Shown: positions 56,797 to 64,000 of the stretch, piece by piece | How positions within the stretch are numbered: position 1 is the stretch's first letter | Layout: each line of letters begins with the position of its first letter | Virus record (IMG/VR): IMGVR_UViG_3300000117_000016 | Coordinates: 15,779-79,778 of that record | Length of the DNA: 64,000 nucleotides | Source of the DNA: a virus | Strand: one strand, 5' to 3' | Program-made: the position numbers and the translations under genes | The notes under the pieces: model-generated | Told to the model about the DNA's origin: nothing | The model's input: only the letters and a program-made list of their open reading frames with translations | Database searches by the model: none

Positions 56797-57711
56797 TTAT
56801 ATATTATGCAGGTGGTGAGGTTTAATAGGGTATAGGATTCCATAGCCCTCATATTTCTTTTGTCCTGAATACATTGGATTGGTTAAACTTTTGCAAGTTT
56901 GTTTAAAGGCATCAACTAACTCAAATCTATTCAATCTTCTGCCTGCACAAGACATAGCCAAGGCTGCACAACCAACTGCGAATGGATTACTCATACTTGT
57001 ACCACTTAGTTTAGCGTATCTGTTATTAGGAACACAACTAAGTATGTCTTTTCCGGGTGCTAAAAAGTCTAAAGTATTACCGCTGCAACTAAAGTTAGTT
57101 CTTTTAAAATCTATATCTATAGCTGCTATACTTATTGTAGATGAATATTTAGCAGGATACATAATGTCTGTTGCTGGGCCACTATTTCCTGCTGCACAGA
57201 ATATAACACAGCCTTTAGAAGAAGCATAACTTACTGCTCTCTCTAAGTATAAAGAATTTACAGGACTACCTAAACTCATTGTAATTATATCGGCTCCATT
57301 ATCAGCAGCCCAAATTAATCCTTTACATATACCCTTGAGGCTACCGGAACCATCATCACCCAATCCTTTTATGGGCATAATTTTAGCTTTTGGTGCTACC
57401 CCTACCATGCCTAAATTGTTGTCACTTGCTGCTATTGTACCGGCTACATGAGTACCATGACAGTTGCGGTCTATAGGTGCTTGTCCTTCTTCTATAAAGT
57501 TATAGCCGTCTATTAAATTTCTTTTTAAATCATCGTGGTTAAGATCACATCCGGTGTCAATGACAGCAATCTTGACACCTTCTCCCATACTATATTTCCA
57601 ATATTTTTGTATTTCAAATTTCTGAATTTCCCAACCATAAAATTGACCTGTCTTTGAGTCTAGACCGAAAACATCTTCTCTAATATATGGAAATAATTTA
57701 ACTTTTCGCAT
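56797..57711 (-). CDS. Subtilisin-like serine protease (S8)
   Basis: IDTG, HGTHVAG, AAGN, GTSM. Confidence 0.95.
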   Translation of the reverse strand: MRKVKLFPYIREDVFGLDSKTGQFYGWEIQKFEIQKYWKYSMGEGVKIAVIDTGCDLNHDDLKRNLIDGYNFIEEGQAPIDRNCHGTHVAGTIAASDNNLGMVGVAPKAKIMPIKGLGDDGSGSLKGICKGLIWAADNGADIITMSLGSPVNSLYLERAVSYASSKGCVIFCAAGNSGPATDIMYPAKYSSTISIAAIDIDFKRTNFSCSGNTLDFLAPGKDILSCVPNNRYAKLSGTSMSNPFAVGCAALAMSCAGRRLNRFELVDAFKQTCKSLTNPMYSGQKKYEGYGILYPIKPHHLHNI

Positions 57712-58474
57712 CTTTTATAATCTCTTCTAAAAGTTTTTGTGTTTTAGTTATCCATTCAGCATAATCACTTATTCTTGTACTACACCCAACATCACCAAAA
57801 TCAGAATCACTTTTACCATCAGTTGCATATACATAAGAATTTATGCCTGCAATTTTTTTATCTATAAATAAACCACCACCACTATCTCCTGGTGATATTA
57901 AAAACTCTAATGTTGTTTTGGGTTCTGTATGAACAGAATATGTTAAACAATTATCATTAATAGCATCGATAACATTAGACCCTGCTCGTCTTTTGTTGTC
58001 AAAAGTACCTGTAGTATAGCCACTATTAAAGTCACCATGATAACCATATCCAGCTAGTCCACAAACTTTACCTTTTTCATTAGTATCAGTATAGAGTTCT
58101 GGATAATAATCTAACTTTAAAGGTCTTTGTAATCTAGCTATAGCGATATCGTTTTTACCCATAACTTTACTATCGTAATCAATATGAACTGCCACTATTG
58201 AACAGGGATATGCTTTACCCTCATATAAAACGTGTTGGCTGATAGAGCCTGTGACTACATGAGCAGCGGTTAATATGTAATATTCATTTATAACTACACA
58301 GGAGGCTCTGAATTGAGTGTTTAGCTTATCTCCTAGAATACCAACAATAGGTAATACACACTCATATTTTTCGCCATATTCTACATATTTTGAGTCTGGT
58401 GTTGCTGGGTCAATAGTTCCGCAATAAGCCTGAATAGGCATCAGCAATAACAGAGCCAAGACAAGGTATTTCAT
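57698..58474 (-). CDS. Exported trypsin-like serine protease (S1)
   Basis: Signal peptide; LTAAHV, DIA, GDSGG. Confidence 0.92.
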   Translation of the reverse strand: MKYLVLALLLLMPIQAYCGTIDPATPDSKYVEYGEKYECVLPIVGILGDKLNTQFRASCVVINEYYILTAAHVVTGSISQHVLYEGKAYPCSIVAVHIDYDSKVMGKNDIAIARLQRPLKLDYYPELYTDTNEKGKVCGLAGYGYHGDFNSGYTTGTFDNKRRAGSNVIDAINDNCLTYSVHTEPKTTLEFLISPGDSGGGLFIDKKIAGINSYVYATDGKSDSDFGDVGCSTRISDYAEWITKTQKLLEEIIKDAKS

Positions 58475-58486
58475 ACAATACCCCTT

Positions 58487-58798
58487 TCATTTAAAGGGTT
58501 TTCTCTTTACCTTATGATAATACACCTTAGAATCTTCTATTACATTTACATTCCAACTTTTATAATTCATAAGATGACCAAAAAGAAAATGGCAATATTT
58601 ATCGCATAATGTGATAAGATTATCTGGATCAAGTTCTTTTGACGGGTCTAAATGTACCGGAACTATGTGATGTACTTCAGGCTTTTTACATGAACCACAT
58701 GCTTGGCAACAAGGTTGCTTTGCTATATGTTGCTTTCTAAGTGCTGACCAGCCGGGACTCCTGACAGCATATCTGACTTCTTTTTTAAACGGCCACAT
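58487..58798 (-). CDS. Small HNH endonuclease
   Basis: CQAC...VHHIVP...NLITLC...CH. Confidence 0.88.
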   Translation of the reverse strand: MWPFKKEVRYAVRSPGWSALRKQHIAKQPCCQACGSCKKPEVHHIVPVHLDPSKELDPDNLITLCDKYCHFLFGHLMNYKSWNVNVIEDSKVYYHKVKRKPFK

Positions 58799-58799
58799 T

Positions 58800-59438
58800 T
58801 TACCAACCTAATGCTTGAGATATAATTGGGAATTGCTCCACAAAAATATCTTTACACCGATTGGCTATATCCATGTGTTCTTTTTGGGTTCCGTTTGCTG
58901 TTCTAAGTTGCATGTAATGCATCCACGACCTCACACTACCACTCATATATAAACGGGTGGGGGTAGCTAAGGGTAAAACAAAACGAGCGCATTCTTTGGC
59001 TACTCCATCTCTTAGCATATCGTCATATATAGCTTTAGATTTTGCAAAATGTTGTCTCATCAAAGTATTATATTTAATAATTAATTCTTGAGGTAGATCG
59101 TCAATACTATTCTGTCTATTTTTATTATCTTGTGTTCTTAGTTTAGGTATAGGAATTTCTTCTGTTAAATAACTAGCATCCGCATACCTCTGACTAAACT
59201 CTTGGAAAGTAAAACTCCTATGTCTTAATACTTGTGCAGCGATACCTCTGCTAGTATTAATCTCAAGAGTCATAAATGCCATTTCAAATATAGACCAGTG
59301 TTGATGATCTATACAATACTTTAGTAATTTAGAAATATTCTCATTGTCTTGATTATTAGGATTGGACACTCTTGCACAATATGCTATATTCTTTTCTGCA
59401 TCTGGAGTGACACTGACTAGCTTAACTGTTTGATTCAT
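58800..59438 (-). CDS. thyX: Flavin-dependent thymidylate synthase
   Basis: ARVS, HWSIFE, RHRSFTFQEFSQRY, ARFVLP. Confidence 0.96.
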   Translation of the reverse strand: MNQTVKLVSVTPDAEKNIAYCARVSNPNNQDNENISKLLKYCIDHQHWSIFEMAFMTLEINTSRGIAAQVLRHRSFTFQEFSQRYADASYLTEEIPIPKLRTQDNKNRQNSIDDLPQELIIKYNTLMRQHFAKSKAIYDDMLRDGVAKECARFVLPLATPTRLYMSGSVRSWMHYMQLRTANGTQKEHMDIANRCKDIFVEQFPIISQALGW

Positions 59439-59595
59439 TATTGCCTTTCCACCATTTAACTATTCTTTCCCATACAGGTTTAAAAAACCACAGAGCAATA
59501 TACGCGACAACTGCTTCTATAGCTTTCCCAAATACTGTAGTCATTGTTATTGACTGTTTTTTAATTGGTTTGTCTTTACCATGCTGATCGTTCAT
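59422..59595 (-). CDS. Small membrane-associated protein
   Basis: Probable start MNDQH; hydrophobic, Trp-rich segment. Confidence 0.55.
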   Translation of the reverse strand: MNDQHGKDKPIKKQSITMTTVFGKAIEAVVAYIALWFFKPVWERIVKWWKGNNESNS

Positions 59596-59839
59596 ATTCA
59601 ATTTCTTTCTGTAACTGCTCTTGAGCATATCTTTTTTGATGTTCTATATGCTTGTTATCAGTTATATCATTGTAAATGTTCATAGCTATTTTACTCAAGC
59701 TATTTGTAGTACCATGTCTTGCAGGATCATCTAGTAATTTCCACTCATAATTATAAGGATTAGCTTCATCACCAGATTTCTCTCTGTCAATTTTATAACC
59801 CTTATCCTTAGCCCATTTTTTTATATTAGTCCAATTCAT
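59576..59839 (-). CDS. Hypothetical protein
   Basis: 87-aa ORF in operon. Confidence 0.65.
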   Translation of the reverse strand: MNWTNIKKWAKDKGYKIDREKSGDEANPYNYEWKLLDDPARHGTTNSLSKIAMNIYNDITDNKHIEHQKRYAQEQLQKEIEYERSAW

Positions 59840-60135
59840 TTTTTATAACTCCTAGTTTCAGGATCATACTCTCGCATATCCTTATCATATCTTTTCCATG
59901 CTTCCATGTGTTTAACCGCAATCATTTGCTTTTCTTGTCTCATTTGTTGCAGCATTTGATGTTCTATTAATTTATAAAGATCATCTATATGTCCTCTAAC
60001 CTCATGGCAATTACCTATACCGTCAAGAACTTGAGATATGTGTTGCCTAACTTCCGGCTGAAAACAAGAATACTTTAAAGGCAGCTTGTCCTTCTTGCTC
60101 ATCTGTTTATATTCGTCAGGTTGTTTGGAGGTCAT
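59836..60135 (-). CDS. Hypothetical protein
   Basis: 99-aa ORF in operon. Confidence 0.6.
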   Translation of the reverse strand: MTSKQPDEYKQMSKKDKLPLKYSCFQPEVRQHISQVLDGIGNCHEVRGHIDDLYKLIEHQMLQQMRQEKQMIAVKHMEAWKRYDKDMREYDPETRSYKK

Positions 60136-60355
60136 TCTTTAATCTTTCATAAGACTCTAAGGCATCCTGCAAGCATGTTATGAGTTTAAACAATTCCATG
60201 CTTTGTGTATTAGTAATATCTTCAATAGTATCAAATTGATCTAACATATGTTTAATAATATTATTATAGCCTACTTGACTTGCAAAATCTTTAATCTGAT
60301 TCTTAACATTAAGGTATTCCAATTCTTTTCTATCATTATCGGATAATTTAGACAT
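60116..60355 (-). CDS. Hypothetical protein
   Basis: Probable start MSKLS. Confidence 0.6.
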   Translation of the reverse strand: MSKLSDNDRKELEYLNVKNQIKDFASQVGYNNIIKHMLDQFDTIEDITNTQSMELFKLITCLQDALESYERLKNDLQTT

Positions 60356-60686
60356 GAACCTTCTTTCCTTTATATAAATAACCACCATTAGATTGGCACA
60401 CTTCTAGTATCTTGTTAAAATCTCTTTCCAAATTGTATCTAGCATCTTTAGCTGGAGCATTCCAAGTTGCTGCTTTGTAAATATCCAGCGTATCATTTTC
60501 AAGAAATGCGTGAACACTATCACTACCGCTGGTGGTTTTAATAATCTTAGTGTACTTCTTATTAATCTTAAACCAGAAGTATGTAGTCTTTTGCTCTTTA
60601 GACCATTTCCCATGCTCTTTAGCAAACGCCTTATGCTCTAATACTTCGCACCATTCTTCTACAAAATTTAAATACTCATGAATCAT
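60348..60686 (-). CDS. Conserved phage hypothetical protein
   Basis: KKY.KI...SVHAF...IYKAATWNAPAK..RYN, a motif I recall from large phages. Confidence 0.7.
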   Translation of the reverse strand: MIHEYLNFVEEWCEVLEHKAFAKEHGKWSKEQKTTYFWFKINKKYTKIIKTTSGSDSVHAFLENDTLDIYKAATWNAPAKDARYNLERDFNKILEVCQSNGGYLYKGKKVHV

Positions 60687-60690
60687 AATA

Positions 60691-61584
60691 CTATACACCG
60701 TTTACCTTTCCTAATACTCTACCTCTTTGTGTTCTTCTAACGTAACCTTTTCTTATCATATATGGCTCAATACTATTCTCAATAGTTTCCATAGCGATAC
60801 CTGTAAGACTTGACATAGCTTTTAGACCAAGAGGATTACCTCTGTTTGACTGTAAAACATTTAAATATTTCTTATCATTTTCATCAAAGCCGTGTTCGTC
60901 AATACCCTGCATACCATATATCTTTTCTAGATTTTTTTCTTGAGGATAAAAAGATGTATAGCTTTTATACCATTGAAGTCTAGCATTTAAAATTCTAGGA
61001 GTACCTTTGCTTCTCTGAGCAATATCCAATAAGTCTTGATCAGATATGTCAATATTCATATTATCACAATTCGACCTTGCTAGTTTTGCTAGGACATCTG
61101 GAGTATAAAAAGAAAGATGTTCTTTAATTGTAAAACGATCATAGAAAGGTTGGCTTAAACTGCCGCCACTTGTTGTAGCACCTACCATTGTAAAACTGGG
61201 AATGTCAATAGTTTCTGGATCGCCTTCAATCACTAAATCCATTTTAAAATCTTCCATTACAGGATACAAAAACTCTTCTACTAATTTAGGCAGTCTGTGG
61301 ATTTCGTCAATAAACAATACTGAATTTAATGTCATGGTCATAAGATATGGCAAAATACCTTTTATGTTCCTGACATTTGCGGCATTGACTGTATACATAT
61401 TGACACCTAACTCTGACGCAATCGCACTTGCTATGGTGGTCTTGCCGAGGCCGGGAGGCCCGTCTATTAAAACATGAGGCATTGAAGTCTGCGGATTTTT
61501 ACAACCACATACAGAAATCTTTAGGCGTTCTACTACAGCATCTTGACCAATAATATCATCAAACTTCTGTGGTCTTAGATTCAT
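60691..61584 (-). CDS. ruvB: Holliday junction branch-migration helicase RuvB
   Basis: LRP..F...IGQ, GPPGLGKTT, FIDEIHRL, GATT, GTPR, IEPY, RT.RGR. Confidence 0.95.
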   Translation of the reverse strand: MNLRPQKFDDIIGQDAVVERLKISVCGCKNPQTSMPHVLIDGPPGLGKTTIASAIASELGVNMYTVNAANVRNIKGILPYLMTMTLNSVLFIDEIHRLPKLVEEFLYPVMEDFKMDLVIEGDPETIDIPSFTMVGATTSGGSLSQPFYDRFTIKEHLSFYTPDVLAKLARSNCDNMNIDISDQDLLDIAQRSKGTPRILNARLQWYKSYTSFYPQEKNLEKIYGMQGIDEHGFDENDKKYLNVLQSNRGNPLGLKAMSSLTGIAMETIENSIEPYMIRKGYVRRTQRGRVLGKVNGV

Positions 61585-61993
61585 CTATCGCTCCAAAATC
61601 AAAAACAATCTTCTTAACCAATTCAGACACGCTATCTGTATTATACTTGATGTGAGTCTTTTCTGCAAGAGTCCTCGCCTCTTCTTTTTCAAATCCGTAA
61701 GAAACTAATGTAATGGCGCATCTTTGGATTATGTCTAAACTACTATCGTCTTTTTTAGGTTGTGTCTTAACCTTTTTTGTTTTCTTTGTTTTATTGTCCT
61801 TAACAAATTTAAAGTTTATACTATCTATTCTTTTAGGCATAATAATAACGTCACAAGAATAGCAAACTATTTTATATTTAGGGGTCTGGTTTTCTTTCAG
61901 ACTAATCCAATGCTCTGAACCACAATCATGACAAATATATTTTAAATGAATATCTGCCTCTTTTGGCTTGTCATTTTTTTGAGTTTTTATCAT
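61559..61993 (-). CDS. Zn-ribbon protein with C-terminal RuvA domain III-like helices
   Basis: CHDC...CYSC, Lys-rich linker, AITLVSYGFEKEEA...SELVKK; immediately upstream of ruvB. Confidence 0.65.
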   Translation of the reverse strand: MIKTQKNDKPKEADIHLKYICHDCGSEHWISLKENQTPKYKIVCYSCDVIIMPKRIDSINFKFVKDNKTKKTKKVKTQPKKDDSSLDIIQRCAITLVSYGFEKEEARTLAEKTHIKYNTDSVSELVKKIVFDFGAIDESKTTEV

Positions 61994-62391
61994 TGGTCTT
62001 TTACCCAAAATACAAAGTCATTTTTATCATTATCAAATGCAGATTCCACTAAACCTTTAGCAACTAAGCCCTTAACGATATTGGATACCATTCTGCGATT
62101 CATTTGAATAAGTATTTCATCGTAGTCGTCTTCTTTTATTTTATAATAAAGATCATCTTTACTAAGAACCCTAACAAGGAATGGCTTAAAGATTGCTCTG
62201 CATTCTCCAAAAGGTAATAAAGATTCTATCTCTTTTTCGTCTTCTTGGTCTGTAGAAGCATCAACCTTTTGCAAGAACTCTGTATCCGTTAAATCATCAT
62301 TATCTTCATCAAAGTTGTGATAAATAATCTTTCTGCTAAATTTGATTAACTTATCTACATTGACTACTTCTAACCATCCGTCTTCTTTCAT
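61990..62391 (-). CDS. Hypothetical acidic protein
   Basis: 133-aa ORF; LVAKGLVESAFD. Confidence 0.7.
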   Translation of the reverse strand: MKEDGWLEVVNVDKLIKFSRKIIYHNFDEDNDDLTDTEFLQKVDASTDQEDEKEIESLLPFGECRAIFKPFLVRVLSKDDLYYKIKEDDYDEILIQMNRRMVSNIVKGLVAKGLVESAFDNDKNDFVFWVKDQ

Positions 62392-62399
62392 AATAAACC

Positions 62400-62786
62400 T
62401 CAGTTTAATATACTGTGCAAGTCTTTATAATAACTTGGCTGTTTTAAATAGTGTGCTGCGTTTGATGATATATGTGCTTTCCACATTGCATTGATTTTAT
62501 CGCAAACAAAATATTCTTTCTTCCAGATAGCTTCCTCGTAATGATTGCTCCCCAGATACATAAAGTATGTTTGCTTTGATGTATCTTGGGGAGTCGAATC
62601 ACTCACAGGAAATTTTTTAGGTTTAACGACCCAAGTATTTTCGTCTTCTTGTATAATATCTTCTATAGCTTTTTTAAGCCATTTCTCCCAAGCCTTCATG
62701 TCAAACTTATAGTCCCATCCATAGCTTTCGTCAGGATAGTAATTATATTCGTCGTCATCATAATCGTCATGTTCAGGGTCTTGCAT
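62400..62786 (-). CDS. Hypothetical protein
   Basis: 128-aa ORF; GAGG RBS. Confidence 0.7.
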   Translation of the reverse strand: MQDPEHDDYDDDEYNYYPDESYGWDYKFDMKAWEKWLKKAIEDIIQEDENTWVVKPKKFPVSDSTPQDTSKQTYFMYLGSNHYEEAIWKKEYFVCDKINAMWKAHISSNAAHYLKQPSYYKDLHSILN

Positions 62787-62798
62787 TTTTTACCTCAA

Positions 62799-62833
62799 GG
62801 GCCACGGGACAGGAGACAGTTGCCCCGTGACCC
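62799..62833 (-). other. Strong GC-rich RNA hairpin (13-bp stem, 9-nt loop) after rIIB-like gene
   Basis: GGGUCACGGGGCA / UGUCCCGUGGCCC; its two mismatches are G-U pairs only on the minus-strand transcript. Confidence 0.8.
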
Positions 62834-62840
62834 CACTCCA

Positions 62841-63713
62841 TTAATAGTCAGTAAACCGATCAATCAAATCATCCATAGGATCGTTGTCGTCGTCATCTTC
62901 AAACTGATCCCAGTAATCATCATCATACTCATCATACACTGTTGAGGCTTCATCTTCATCAACATAAGAGTCTGCCTCAAATTCAGCCTTATAAAGAGGC
63001 TTTGGCAACTCACCCTGATAAAGACCAACTACTTCATATTTGCAAGTACGAAGTTTTTCACAGTTGCAATCACTAGGGACACTGACAACATCTTCAGGAT
63101 TGATTTTAACAATCACAATATTATCACCAGCATCAACGCTGCCATAATTTGCAACATAGTTCAATGCTCCAGCATGAAGTCCAGCAGAACATCCGGCCTT
63201 ACGATTGTCGTCCACTTTTGCTCTACGCATAGTGCAGACCTGACCAACTCTATTGTCAAATGTTCCTCTCCACTTATCCTTGAAGTCGCTACGGACTGCT
63301 TTATATGCAAGGAAACATCCGTCCTCAGTCACAGGCAGGTTCTCATGCTCCAAGAAATCATACAGTTCTTGCTGACTCTGCATACTTGGGTTTTGCATAA
63401 GGTTCTCTAAGAAATTTACAAGAGGCTGAAAAGGCAAGCCTTTACTCATAAATTCTATAATTCTCTTACTGATACTCCCATGAACTTCTTCTCCCTCAAA
63501 CATTACTTTACCATTTACGATTGATACTTGTCCTTGACTAAAAGTAGCAATAGCTTTCTCAATATCTACCAGTTCTAGCAACTCATCTTCTGTTGCTGTT
63601 GGTAGTGCTTCCAGAATCAACTTGTAATTAGTATGATCTGGAATTACTTGGTGAGCCTTGTTTTTTAAGATCACCGTTAAGTTACCGTCAACCCACATAA
63701 AAGGAACGCTCAT
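62841..63713 (-). CDS. rIIB: RIIB-like protein
   Basis: FLENL.QNPS...ELY.FL...TEDG.FLAYKAV...M.R..VDD....CS.GLH...VKINPEDVVSVP.D....K.R.C.YEV. Confidence 0.88.
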   Translation of the reverse strand: MSVPFMWVDGNLTVILKNKAHQVIPDHTNYKLILEALPTATEDELLELVDIEKAIATFSQGQVSIVNGKVMFEGEEVHGSISKRIIEFMSKGLPFQPLVNFLENLMQNPSMQSQQELYDFLEHENLPVTEDGCFLAYKAVRSDFKDKWRGTFDNRVGQVCTMRRAKVDDNRKAGCSAGLHAGALNYVANYGSVDAGDNIVIVKINPEDVVSVPSDCNCEKLRTCKYEVVGLYQGELPKPLYKAEFEADSYVDEDEASTVYDEYDDDYWDQFEDDDDNDPMDDLIDRFTDY

Positions 63714-63737
63714 TGTCAATCTCCTGTGAAATAAAAC

Positions 63738-64000
63738 CTAAACCAAATTTCCTACTGCTGTTCTCAGTTCGCTGAGTTCAACATTGTCAAACCATTTGTC
63801 TCGACCATAGTAACCATTATTGTGAATATCTGTCGGAGCAGCATTTTTGATCTTCTCAATATCCAACTCATCGTTACCACTAACAATATACTTTAGTATC
63901 GGTGAACTGTCAATAGCACCTTTAAGAATTTCTCTAAGATCACTCATTTTAGGCAGGGTCTTGATAATTGCCTGACTATGTGATTTCTTACCAGATGGCA
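63738..64000 (-). CDS. C-terminus of a gene running off the window (probably RIIA-like, by position only)
   Basis: Frame of the 63738..63947 ORF stays open to 64000; directly upstream of rIIB. Confidence 0.5.
   Translation of the reverse strand, partial: PSGKKSHSQAIIKTLPKMSDLREILKGAIDSSPILKYIVSGNDELDIEKIKNAAPTDIHNNGYYGRDKWFDNVELSELRTAVGNLV

Noticed and set aside
910-63410. All plus-strand ORFs and nested minus-strand ORFs in the track
   Set aside because: They overlap well-supported minus-strand genes and lack recognisable motifs, so they are treated as shadow ORFs
1-64000. Stop-codon reassignment
   Set aside because: Conserved genes are full-length in code 11, and TAA, TAG and TGA all end genes at natural boundaries
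1-64000. tRNA or other structured ncRNA genes
   Set aside because: Intergenic gaps are about 100 nt or less and none shows a cloverleaf or T-loop pattern by eye

Overview
This is a 64-kb segment of a large, AT-rich dsDNA bacteriophage (jumbo-phage-like gene content; standard genetic code, since ORFs tile tightly with TAA, TGA and TAG all used as stops). Essentially all ~95 genes lie on the minus strand. In transcription order (right to left) it holds: rIIA/rIIB-like genes, RuvB with an atypical RuvA-like partner, ThyX, trypsin-like and subtilisin proteases, a macrodomain, NDT, GuaC and glycosyltransferases (64-52 kb). Next come probable late/virion genes, including a duplicated small-protein plus Pro-rich-protein module, a PAP2 phosphatase, a sigma factor, ClpP and a degenerate DeoC (52-39 kb). 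A membrane-protein/papain-peptidase cassette follows (39-36 kb). Then comes a ~14-kb glycan island with GT29 sialyltransferase-like, CMP-ulosonate synthetase, aldolase, YjbQ, GDP-mannose 3,5-epimerase, fucosyltransferase-like, methyl- and sulfotransferase genes (36-21.7 kb). The replication/nucleotide block has NrdJ, PhoH, RecA, DnaB, primase, dNMP kinase, a Cas4-like nuclease, a split DnaE and SSB (21.7-4.9 kb). A second, partly degenerate glycosyltransferase cluster ends the window (4.9-0.3 kb). The most notable observations are: (1) an apparently complete phage-encoded ulosonic-acid (sialic-acid-like) synthesis, activation and transfer operon inside a eukaryote-like glycosylation toolkit; (2) a shared N-terminal leader plus a TAxYxP motif on a 79-aa protein in the glycan island and on two Pro-rich proteins; (3) an intein-free split DnaE with the proofreading exonuclease gene between the halves; (4) a GGTGTA motif 41-47 nt upstream of six probable late genes; (5) a Zn-ribbon/RuvA-domain-III protein beside RuvB; (6) a leaderless 24-aa uORF before nrdJ. 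No tRNA, rRNA or CRISPR array was seen. All family calls come from motif recognition by eye; no database searches were run.
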